A stretch of DNA of 64,000 bases from NCBI GenBank assembly GCA_039803205.1, contig JBDRYB010000005.1, forward strand, positions 1-64,000, read 5' to 3'. A program made the position numbers and the translations under genes. Numbering within the stretch: the first letter of the stretch is position 1; the number at the start of each line of letters is the position of its first letter. Shown here piece after piece: positions 50,342 to 58,746 of the stretch. The stretch comes from a candidate division WOR-3 bacterium. GTDB lineage: Bacteria > Hydrothermota > Hydrothermia > JBDRYB01. The notes under the pieces are model-generated. The model was not told where the DNA came from. It saw nothing but the letters and a program-made list of their open reading frames with translations, and did not search any database.

Positions 50342-51856
50342 ATGACAGGGCTTTTGATCTTAGCCGCAGTAGGGCAGTTGTCCCAATTCGTCACGCGCTT
50401 AGGTGCAGGAATAAGCCGCCATTTCTCCGTTTCCCAGTTGTCCGACGGAGGATATGTCTGCTCGGGGAACACCGTGGTAATGGGTTACAGGTTTGTCATC
50501 TGCAGATTCGATCAGAACGGCAACCTATCCTGGTATTACAACATAAGGAGAAGCCCCTCGGCGAGCGAAGACCCAGGGGGCCAATCGTTCGCAAGAACAT
50601 CCGATGGAGGATTTGTGGTGACTGGCCAGGTCGCATACATGAACACCAATGATCTCGGCCTCGCTAAGTTCACCTCTACAGGGACCCTCAGCTGGATGAT
50701 CTCGCTTAGCTTGAGTAATTCTTCGGACTTTGGCTATTCGGTGATAGAGACATCGGACAACGGTTTGGTTATCACGGGATACACGGATACTGATATACTT
50801 CTAACCAAATTTAACTCATCCGGAACGCACCTGTGGACCAAGACCATCGGCGGTTCGGGGACAGAGGGGGGCCGAAGCGTTATAGAGACATCTGACGGCG
50901 GCCTGGCTCTGGTTGGATATACGAACAGTTGGGGAGCAGGAAACTATGACATCATCCTTTGCAAGCTGAACTCCGCGGGCGATCTTCAGTGGACGAGGAC
51001 GCTGGGTGGGCCAGAAGACGATCTGGGATACTGCGTAGTTCAAAGTGCCGATGGCGGATTTGTCATTTCCGGATACACGGAGAACTTTGGCGCTGTGGGC
51101 GGCGATAACATACTGGCCAAGTTTGATGGGTCAGGAAATTACCTTTGGAGTGTGGTCTTTGGCTACGGAACAACACTCGACACCCTCTCCTCCGTAGCTG
51201 AGGGAGCCGGCAGTATACTTGGTGTTGTCTCCTGGAACACGCCCGATGTCTTCACCTTGCACATCCCTTTTGCCCGGTTTGACGCAAATGGCAACTTCAT
51301 TAGCGCCTGGAACCCTATGGTAAACGCGGTCGGACCTTCGGAAACCCGTTATTGTTATCCTGGTATAGCAAAGACCTCTGACGGTGGTTTTGTGACCGTT
51401 GGGAGGGATCTTCTCATAAAATACGACGCTTCAGGCTCTACATGCATGGGTTCTGCCGTGACCCCAAACCTGATTTATCCCAGTCCGACCATAACAACTC
51501 TCACATTGTCCGCAACATCCACTACGCCGAGCGTGAGCCCCCTCAGCTATTCCAGGGAGAACCCCTCTCCTGGCCAGACATGGCCTTGTAATCCTCTTGG
51601 GGAAGAGGAAAGCTCGTCTGGTCAGAGCGTTGCTCTTATTTCAGAGCATGGGGTGCTCCGAGTCAATCTACCCCAGGGAAGCTATGTTCGGCTTTCTTTA
51701 TATGAATCTACGGGTCGACTGGCGGTAAACCTATACGAGGGTTTTATGAGCCAGGGGGAACACATCTTCACGCCCGAACTTGAGAGTGGAGAGATATACT
51801 TGGCTGTGCTCGTATATGGGGGCAGAATTGCGACAACCAAGATAGCGAGTCCATAG
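50342..51856 (+). CDS. Secreted beta-propeller repeat protein with T9SS-like CTD, array gene 6
   Basis: ETSDGG/WTKTIGG repeats; tail LYESTGRL...IYLAVL. Confidence 0.82.
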   Translation: MTGLLILAAVGQLSQFVTRLGAGISRHFSVSQLSDGGYVCSGNTVVMGYRFVICRFDQNGNLSWYYNIRRSPSASEDPGGQSFARTSDGGFVVTGQVAYMNTNDLGLAKFTSTGTLSWMISLSLSNSSDFGYSVIETSDNGLVITGYTDTDILLTKFNSSGTHLWTKTIGGSGTEGGRSVIETSDGGLALVGYTNSWGAGNYDIILCKLNSAGDLQWTRTLGGPEDDLGYCVVQSADGGFVISGYTENFGAVGGDNILAKFDGSGNYLWSVVFGYGTTLDTLSSVAEGAGSILGVVSWNTPDVFTLHIPFARFDANGNFISAWNPMVNAVGPSETRYCYPGIAKTSDGGFVTVGRDLLIKYDASGSTCMGSAVTPNLIYPSPTITTLTLSATSTTPSVSPLSYSRENPSPGQTWPCNPLGEEESSSGQSVALISEHGVLRVNLPQGSYVRLSLYESTGRLAVNLYEGFMSQGEHIFTPELESGEIYLAVLVYGGRIATTKIASP

Positions 51857-52131
51857 GCTCTTACCCGACCCATTCCATACCCCCCAGGATTAAAGGCCTG
51901 GCCCATGGACTTCGCAATCTGGTAGGGCTTCTGAGATTATGGCAAAGACCAGAAGCCTCTCGGCTGTCTCTCTCAGGCATGGCGGTCCATGAGGCGGGTG
52001 AACATTTTATTATGAGGACATAATTTCAGACCGGGCTCAGAGGCCAACTTTTCTGCTAGGGGGTTAAATATGTGTCATCAAAGGTTCCTTAAGTGTTGTT
52101 TTCGGGCCCCTCTGCTCCTTAAAATTTCACA

Positions 52132-52869
52132 GTGGGAATTGATACAGATGAGATCACTCTCTTCTCTATCCACCTGAAGCTGGCCGGGCCATGGAAGCCC
52201 AGTAATTTTCCGGGCGAGACCCTCCACGGTTTCCTGTTTAGCCTTCCTGGCTTAAAGGATTATCACGAGGCTGAAACAAAGCCCTTCTCTCTGAGACTCG
52301 TAAAACATGAAGGGAGAACCCTCAAATTGGAGGTTTGTTCCCTTCGCTTTGACCTCGCCGAAAAGCTCTCGTCTGCAGGCCTGGCACGAGGGGCCCGGAT
52401 AGGGAATGTGGGGGTATCCGATATGCTAATAAGCCCCTTATCCTCAACGAATTTCGGACGCCTGCTGAGAATCAGACCACGAACCCGGTTCACATTCCGT
52501 TTCAGAAGCCCCACCTCTTTCAGGAGCCAGGGCCAACAGATCCTTTTCCCTACGCCAGAGCTTCTGTTTGGCTCACTCATGCAGAAATGGAATGCTTTTG
52601 CCAGAAAGAAGATAACCCGTGAGATAGCCGATGACTTCAGGAATATACTGGTCACGAGATATAGCCTTGAAACGCAAGAGGTTTCGTTCTCTGATTACAA
52701 GATAATCGGGTTCACCGGAGAGATTTCATATAGATTTCCCACTGGGATTGATCCCATGGTCAAGATTGTTGTCAACGCCCTGGCTAGGCTCGCGCCTTAC
52801 TCAGGCGTGGGATACAAGACCCCGATGGGGCTAGGATGGGTAGAGGTGAAAGGTGATCGCAAAGCTTGA
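52132..52869 (+). CDS. cas6: CRISPR RNA-processing endonuclease Cas6
   Basis: GETLHGFLF, F.SPTSFR, LFPTPELLFGSL..KWN, G-rich loop YSGVGYKTPMGLG. Confidence 0.92.
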   Translation: MGIDTDEITLFSIHLKLAGPWKPSNFPGETLHGFLFSLPGLKDYHEAETKPFSLRLVKHEGRTLKLEVCSLRFDLAEKLSSAGLARGARIGNVGVSDMLISPLSSTNFGRLLRIRPRTRFTFRFRSPTSFRSQGQQILFPTPELLFGSLMQKWNAFARKKITREIADDFRNILVTRYSLETQEVSFSDYKIIGFTGEISYRFPTGIDPMVKIVVNALARLAPYSGVGYKTPMGLGWVEVKGDRKA

Positions 52870-52933
52870 ACCAGGCCGGCATCTTGAGTCATTTAGTGCA
52901 CAATCCCATCCCAGAAGCGAAAAGGAGGAGCGC

Positions 52934-54559
52934 ATGAGCGCTTTTGACGACTTTTTTAAGAAGATAACGGGCCACGAGCCATACGGGCACCAGTCCGATA
53001 TGGCGGCCAGGCTCTGGAATAATGGTGATGGGCCAGATGATCAGCCTCTTCTTCTCAGGGCCCCAACGGGCTCAGGCAAGACAGAGGCCATTGCTCTGCC
53101 CTTTCTCTATCAATGGGATGAGGGCAAATGGCCCATCGCACCCAGGCTCATATATGTCCTGCCGATGAGGGCTCTGGCAAACCAGATATGCGACAGAATA
53201 AAGAAATACGCGGATAAGGTGGACAAAAGGATCAGGGTCTCGGTTCAGCACGGTGAGCGCCATGACGACGCGATGCTCTTTTCTGACATCGTGGTGACGA
53301 CCCTTGACCAGGCAATTTACGCCTATGCCCGCTCCACGACTATTCACAGACACGCGGAGGTTCCGGCCGGAGACCTTGCGAACTCCCTGCTCGTTTTTGA
53401 CGAGGCCCACATGTATTCCCCTTATACCTACGGCATGATCCACGCTTTCCTGGAGATTCTCAGAACCGCGCGCGTCCCATTCGTGTTCATGACAGCAACT
53501 CTGCCGGATAGCCTGAAGAATGACTTTCAGCAAGGAGTCCTCGGCCGAGGGTTTGAGTTTTCCGGCCCTCGTGTTCAACCTCCGGCGATTGAGAGAAGGA
53601 TAACCCTTGAAACCAGGCCTGATCCCTTGCTCTCCGAAAACGGAAGCCTTAACCCCAAAGCCCTTGATCTCATCGGCGACAAAAAGGCCCTCGTTGTCCT
53701 CAATCAGGTTGGTCGGGCACAAGAGGTCTATCGGCAGATGAGGAACAAGTTTGGAAAGGATAAGATCGTCCTCATACATGGCCGATTCACAAAAGAGGAC
53801 AGGGCAAGGCTTGAGAAAGAGGTTGAAGGGAGGCTGGGCAGAAATGGATCCGGCGGCGTAGTCGTCGCCACACAGGTTTGCGAGGTTGGCCTTGACATAT
53901 CCGCTGATGCCCTTCTGACCGAGCTCGCGCCAGCGGATTCCATCGTCCAGAGAGCTGGCCGGGTCGCCAGGTGGGGAGGGGAGGGGGAGGTTTATGTTTT
54001 TGGGGTCAAGGAAGGCATGGAGAAGGAGGACTTTTGGAAATCGGATGAGGTAGAGAAGGAGGCCCTGCCATATGAGGCCAAGCATATCGTTGAGACTCTC
54101 AGGGCATTGGAGAACAAACCAGACCTTGCCTCGTGGGATGATGTTCAAAAGTTCACCAAAGACCTCTCCTACAGGGTTGACCACTCCGCTTGCTCATCAG
54201 CGGCCTGGCACCTACTTGAGGACAGCATCCTCTTGGCAACCGAGAGGCCAAGGCCCGAGGATGTGGCAGTGAGGGAGGGCAAAAGCATAACGCTCGTGCC
54301 TGTGGAAGTAGCAGAGGGAGATATTGACTTGGACAAAAAGGCCATCGGGGTCAGTTTTAACCTTGCTTACTTCCACTTTAAGGACGACAAAGGGAAGCTC
54401 AAAAAGGTTATGGAGCCAAAGGAGAAAAAGGCCAAAAAAGGCGAAGAACCAAAGAAGGTCTGGGAATCGCGGGACGCAAAGGCCTCCGATTTCAAGCCTT
54501 TTGATGTAGTCTATATCCCTGGTTCCCTTTACAGCAACGAGGAGGGATTACTCCTATGA
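52934..54559 (+). CDS. cas3: Cas3' helicase (no HD domain)
   Basis: APTGSGKTEA, FDEAH, MTATLP, IHGRF, ATQVCEVGLDI, QRAGRVAR; SD AGGAGG before ATG 52934. Confidence 0.93.
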   Translation: MSAFDDFFKKITGHEPYGHQSDMAARLWNNGDGPDDQPLLLRAPTGSGKTEAIALPFLYQWDEGKWPIAPRLIYVLPMRALANQICDRIKKYADKVDKRIRVSVQHGERHDDAMLFSDIVVTTLDQAIYAYARSTTIHRHAEVPAGDLANSLLVFDEAHMYSPYTYGMIHAFLEILRTARVPFVFMTATLPDSLKNDFQQGVLGRGFEFSGPRVQPPAIERRITLETRPDPLLSENGSLNPKALDLIGDKKALVVLNQVGRAQEVYRQMRNKFGKDKIVLIHGRFTKEDRARLEKEVEGRLGRNGSGGVVVATQVCEVGLDISADALLTELAPADSIVQRAGRVARWGGEGEVYVFGVKEGMEKEDFWKSDEVEKEALPYEAKHIVETLRALENKPDLASWDDVQKFTKDLSYRVDHSACSSAAWHLLEDSILLATERPRPEDVAVREGKSITLVPVEVAEGDIDLDKKAIGVSFNLAYFHFKDDKGKLKKVMEPKEKKAKKGEEPKKVWESRDAKASDFKPFDVVYIPGSLYSNEEGLLL

Positions 54560-55305
54560 GCGAGAAAATAGAACTCCTATCAGCACCGAGCGAAACCCTT
54601 GTTCAGCACCTTGACCGGGTTCTTGGCAAGTGGGACAAAATAAAAAGCCGCTTTTCTTACACACTTCCCAGGCTTTTCGGAACACCCTGGGAGGAAATTG
54701 AAGAAGCCATCAACCGGATGTTCCTCCTACATGATTTGGGTAAGGCTACAGAGAAGTGGCAAAAGTTTATCACCGCTCAGAAAGAAGAGCGGGATAACGA
54801 AACAGAGCGAAAAAGCGGCGCTCCCCACGCCCAGCTCGGCGGCGCGTATCTCTGGTGGGCATCTGATCCAAAAGACGATCTGGTTATGGCCTCCGCGTTC
54901 GCCATAGCCATCCACCACACGGACAGCGCTCTGGCTAGGCCTGGCCTTGAGGACCCAGCAACCATGCTGGTAACCAGCTGGTTGGTCAACGAGGACGATG
55001 ATACGATCAGGTGGCACAACGGACTGGATGGTTTCATGGGTTGGTTGAGGGACGAACACGGGCTTGACTTGCCCCATCCTAGGGATATGGGTCTCTATGA
55101 TGTTTCCGAGTTCGCTTTGGAGCTCCGAAAGTGGGCACGGGGCGCGGAAATCCTTGAACTGCACAGGCGCCGTCTTCAGGTCGCGGCCCTGCACTCGGTA
55201 ATCAAGGTCTGCGATATCAGGGCCGCTATAGCTCGCTCGGAGGAGCCGGTCACCCCGGCAAACACCTTCACTTGGACAATAGTCAACGGAGGCATGATAC
55301 CATGA
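54556..55305 (+). CDS. cas3'': Cas3'' HD nuclease
   Basis: ETLVQH, LHDLGKA...WQ, PHA, IAIHH, VCD; ATGA overlaps at both ends. Confidence 0.88.
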   Translation: MSEKIELLSAPSETLVQHLDRVLGKWDKIKSRFSYTLPRLFGTPWEEIEEAINRMFLLHDLGKATEKWQKFITAQKEERDNETERKSGAPHAQLGGAYLWWASDPKDDLVMASAFAIAIHHTDSALARPGLEDPATMLVTSWLVNEDDDTIRWHNGLDGFMGWLRDEHGLDLPHPRDMGLYDVSEFALELRKWARGAEILELHRRRLQVAALHSVIKVCDIRAAIARSEEPVTPANTFTWTIVNGGMIP

Positions 55306-56876
55306 GCAAGATAACCCTATACACGCCGAACACCGGCCTGCCTGACCTTGAGCTCAAGATAGCCTACGGCCTCTGCCGGGTCGCTTTTGAGGCAGGCCTG
55401 GAATTCGTTATGAGGCCGAGGGAGGGGTGGTGGGAGGTGGAGGTGGAGGGAGAAGGTCTGGACTCTGAAAAGATCAAAGAGCGAATGAAGGGAATCTTTA
55501 AAGGTATCCTGAGGCGGTTCCTTTCAACTGAACTAGCCTATAACATGGCCGGCGTAGACCAGCAAAATGATGTAAAGCGCTACCAGTATAGTGGTCAAGA
55601 GATTACTAGCGATTTTCCGGAAGGCCTTTATGGGCCAGAAAAGGGTGACGGAGATACCCTGTGTGGGCACAAAAAACCAACCTCAAAAGAGCCTTTTGAT
55701 CGGGTATTGCCAACCTTTCTGGGTTATGGTTTTGGAAAGAGCGATAGGAATGACGCGGTGGGAGACAGGGTTTGCCCGGTCTGCTCGTGGCTTGGGGTGC
55801 TAGGCCTCAATTCAACTGTCCTGGAAATTCAAATAAAGGATCAGAAGGAAAAAGCTATCGTCATGCTTGAGCCTTTATATCCCATAGGATCTCAGGATTT
55901 AGCCGAGGTTTTGTCACTTCAAAAGGCTCTCAGTGTAGACATGGAGAGAGAGAAGGAAGCCCTTTATCAATCAATAGCCAGTGTGGCCTTGCCTTTGGCC
56001 ATCCTCGGCAAATACCCGAGCACCATAGGACTACTCTGGAGTTATAACAAGCCAAGATTTGCCATGAGGGTATACCACCTCAAGAAAGGGAACCGTTGGC
56101 AGCTAAAAGGGGAGTCCGAGGCCAAGCTGGAAGATGTGAGGGGGTTCTTGATCTCGTCAAAACATAGCCTCCCTAACCCATACAACCTTGCCCTACTTAG
56201 CAGAATGCTCGAGGTTCGGTGGAGTTCAAAATCCAAAAAATACAAGCCGGTTTACAACTCCGAAAGATTATGGGAACTTCTTGCCAAGGTTATCTTCTCA
56301 ATCCCAGAACAGGAGCAGGCTTCTGTAATAAGCTTTATGCGGGAAGCTTTGGTGTGCCTCGGGAGCCCCCAAGATGAACCACATCTTTTTAAACCGTATC
56401 TTTTTAGCAGGAAAGTCACCCTTTATTTTGCCAAGGAGGTGATTAACATGAGAGTAGAGTTCTTTGACACCACAACCGAAGAAGGAAAAGCCATAGAGGC
56501 GGTATCCAAGCTTCTGCGATACTTCGTGCGGCAGAAGGATTTTGGATACCTAAACGATCTGATGTCCTCCAAAAACCCGGAGGACCTCCAGAGGGTTCTC
56601 ATTCACATGATGAGAACTGCAAATTCCCTTGCCGATAGAGAGGATGAGAAGGGCATACTCTACATACCGGTTTGCAGGAATAAGACGAAAGAAGAGATCT
56701 ACCGTGTCTATCTACCACGGAAGGATTATGTGGACTGCTTGATGAGACTCGCCGCCGGGCCTGATTTTGAGGATCTGAAGTGTGCCCTTTTACTTTCAGG
56801 AATGAGCAGAGCACCCAAAAGCTTCGGAGAAGAACCCGTATTAGAAGACGAAGAGACAGAAACCAAGGAGGATTGA
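55302..56876 (+). CDS. cas8a: Cas8a-like large subunit with a fused C-terminal small-subunit-like domain
   Basis: Position before cas7/cas5; YTPNTG..D..IAYG N-terminus; CGH...CPVC zinc site. Confidence 0.7.
   Translation: MSKITLYTPNTGLPDLELKIAYGLCRVAFEAGLEFVMRPREGWWEVEVEGEGLDSEKIKERMKGIFKGILRRFLSTELAYNMAGVDQQNDVKRYQYSGQEITSDFPEGLYGPEKGDGDTLCGHKKPTSKEPFDRVLPTFLGYGFGKSDRNDAVGDRVCPVCSWLGVLGLNSTVLEIQIKDQKEKAIVMLEPLYPIGSQDLAEVLSLQKALSVDMEREKEALYQSIASVALPLAILGKYPSTIGLLWSYNKPRFAMRVYHLKKGNRWQLKGESEAKLEDVRGFLISSKHSLPNPYNLALLSRMLEVRWSSKSKKYKPVYNSERLWELLAKVIFSIPEQEQASVISFMREALVCLGSPQDEPHLFKPYLFSRKVTLYFAKEVINMRVEFFDTTTEEGKAIEAVSKLLRYFVRQKDFGYLNDLMSSKNPEDLQRVLIHMMRTANSLADREDEKGILYIPVCRNKTKEEIYRVYLPRKDYVDCLMRLAAGPDFEDLKCALLLSGMSRAPKSFGEEPVLEDEETETKED
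56448..56876 (+). CDS. Putative internally translated Cas11/Csa5-like small subunit (142 aa)
   Basis: AAGGAGGTGA (56433-56442), TTAAC, then an ATG in frame with cas8a; helical sequence VSKLLRYF...GYLNDL.SSKNPEDL..VL..MMR. Confidence 0.65.
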   Translation: MRVEFFDTTTEEGKAIEAVSKLLRYFVRQKDFGYLNDLMSSKNPEDLQRVLIHMMRTANSLADREDEKGILYIPVCRNKTKEEIYRVYLPRKDYVDCLMRLAAGPDFEDLKCALLLSGMSRAPKSFGEEPVLEDEETETKED

Positions 56877-56878
56877 AC

Positions 56879-57871
56879 ATGAGCGAGAACGGACCAAAGA
56901 TAAAAGCCTTCGCAATAGGCGTGAAGATGGAGCTGAATCTTCACGACCTCAACAACGAACTGGCCACTGGAAATGTATCTGCTATAAGGGTGGCCAAGAT
57001 GCTCGTTAGGGACGAAAACGGAAAACAAAAAGAGGTGCCTGTCCAGGCAGTATCTGGCAGGATGATCAAGCACTGGCACTGGGAGCACTACCGTCGTAGA
57101 TTCACGGCAGAAGAGCTCTGTGGTGCTTGCGCTGTTGGTGAAACCATAAGGCCAGTTCGCCTTGAGAATGGGATATGGAAGTTTATGGAACCCGAAGATG
57201 CTGTGAGAGAATGCGCGGCCTGTGATGTACACGGTTTTCTGATCCCGACCAAGTCCCTGCGGAGAAATTCATTGGCTCTTTTTTCATGGCTTCTGCCACC
57301 ATTGGACTCTCTTGAGTATGCTCTTACTTCAGCTACGCACTCAAGAGTAGCAGCTACTGACTACCCCGTAGAAAAGAAGAGAGAATCAGAAGAAGAGTCA
57401 AGTGAAGGGAAGACAGGCCAGATGATTTACAACAAGGTCTATGCCTCTGGGACCTATGCCTTTGTCTCTTATCTGGATGTGGAACACATAGGCTATGGCG
57501 AGAAAAGAGAAGGTCAAGAAAGGGTAAGTTTTGTCCCGCTGGTTGAGGAACCCCGAAAACGACTCGCCAGAGCCAAAGCGGCCATCCTGGCTTATCAGGA
57601 TATGCTCACCGGTAGACTGGGGGCTTCGCAGGCTTTTGCTCTGCCACACGCTAAAGTCCTTTCGTTTCTGGCCTGCTATTCCTGCTTTGGTCAATTCCCT
57701 GTGCCCGTATCGCCCATATACCCGGACTTTGTGCAGAAGACCGTCGAGCTGATGCCGAATGAGGTTAAAATCCTGGGTTATGGAATTGAGAGCCACGACA
57801 GGATAACAGAAAAACCTGTTTCTGAGATCTTCAATGAGATCATTGGAAAACTTGAGGGGAGCTGCCAATGA
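56879..57871 (+). CDS. cas7: Cas7 backbone subunit (DevR/Csa2 family)
   Basis: NLHDLNNE...GN, AVSGRMIKHWH, CDVHGFL, RRNS, HSRV, QMIY...ASG.Y; SD AAGGAGG. Confidence 0.9.
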   Translation: MSENGPKIKAFAIGVKMELNLHDLNNELATGNVSAIRVAKMLVRDENGKQKEVPVQAVSGRMIKHWHWEHYRRRFTAEELCGACAVGETIRPVRLENGIWKFMEPEDAVRECAACDVHGFLIPTKSLRRNSLALFSWLLPPLDSLEYALTSATHSRVAATDYPVEKKRESEEESSEGKTGQMIYNKVYASGTYAFVSYLDVEHIGYGEKREGQERVSFVPLVEEPRKRLARAKAAILAYQDMLTGRLGASQAFALPHAKVLSFLACYSCFGQFPVPVSPIYPDFVQKTVELMPNEVKILGYGIESHDRITEKPVSEIFNEIIGKLEGSCQ

Positions 57872-58707
57872 AGGTTTTGGGATTCCACATAAGGGTTTCT
57901 TCTTTTTACTCTCCGGGGGTGCCCTGGTCTCGTAGCTCTGCCTATCCTATACCTCCACCTTCGGCAATTTGCGGGATGCTCGCAAATGCCCTCTGGCTTA
58001 GTAGCCACATTCTCAAAACAGACGAACACCCGGCTGTTGCTTGTCTAAGAAGGATTATAGATAAAGCAAAAGGCATTTGGGCAGGTATGGCAGACGGGAT
58101 AGCCGTCTCAACTACCGGAACTGTGAAAGATGTCTTTGGGGGCAGTACCGTATACAAAGATGACAGTGTAACCAAAGGTGGGAAAAAGGTAAAGGGTATT
58201 CGTGGCAAACTTCTCCCAATCCAGGCTTTCATCCAGGATAACCCCGAAGCAAGATCAGGAGAGATCATCCAAACCGATATCCTCCCCCGCCAGTTCCTTT
58301 TCGCGCCTGATGGTTTCAGGGTCTTCGTGGCTTCGGAGGACGGGGAGTTTCTTGAGAAGGTGAAGTATGCTCTCCAGCACGCGCCTGTTTATCTTGGGGA
58401 TTCCGAGGGACTGGCAAATGTGATGAATGTTGAGGTGGTGGACGCGACCGAAGAGAAACCAAACGGAATGTGTGATGTCTCGGTCTATTTCAGGGATGAC
58501 CTCGCGAGCGGCATAGACGGCGATGGCGGAACATTATACTGGGTCAACGAGAGGGCGATCCTTCCGGGCGAAAAGAAGGAGCCTATGGTCTCCTACCTGT
58601 TTCCCGTGATCCAGCGAGGGAAGACATTCAGGCCCTCCAAGCTCTTGGTGAGGTTCAACGGCAAAGCAAAGCTTCTCAAGGCTTTCGGCGAGATCCTGCC
58701 CATGTAG
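57868..58707 (+). CDS. cas5: Cas5
   Basis: SAYPIPPPSAICGMLANAL and VYLGDSEGL motifs. Confidence 0.85.
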   Translation: MKVLGFHIRVSSFYSPGVPWSRSSAYPIPPPSAICGMLANALWLSSHILKTDEHPAVACLRRIIDKAKGIWAGMADGIAVSTTGTVKDVFGGSTVYKDDSVTKGGKKVKGIRGKLLPIQAFIQDNPEARSGEIIQTDILPRQFLFAPDGFRVFVASEDGEFLEKVKYALQHAPVYLGDSEGLANVMNVEVVDATEEKPNGMCDVSVYFRDDLASGIDGDGGTLYWVNERAILPGEKKEPMVSYLFPVIQRGKTFRPSKLLVRFNGKAKLLKAFGEILPM

Positions 58708-58746
58708 GCCTAGGGCCAGCTCTTGTGCCTGCCTTTTCGGGAGGAT

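Noticed and set aside
53072..54184. 370-aa antisense ORF in cas3, and similar shadow ORFs over gyrB, dnaX and the S8 protease
   Set aside because: They fully overlap well-supported genes and show no recognisable motifs.
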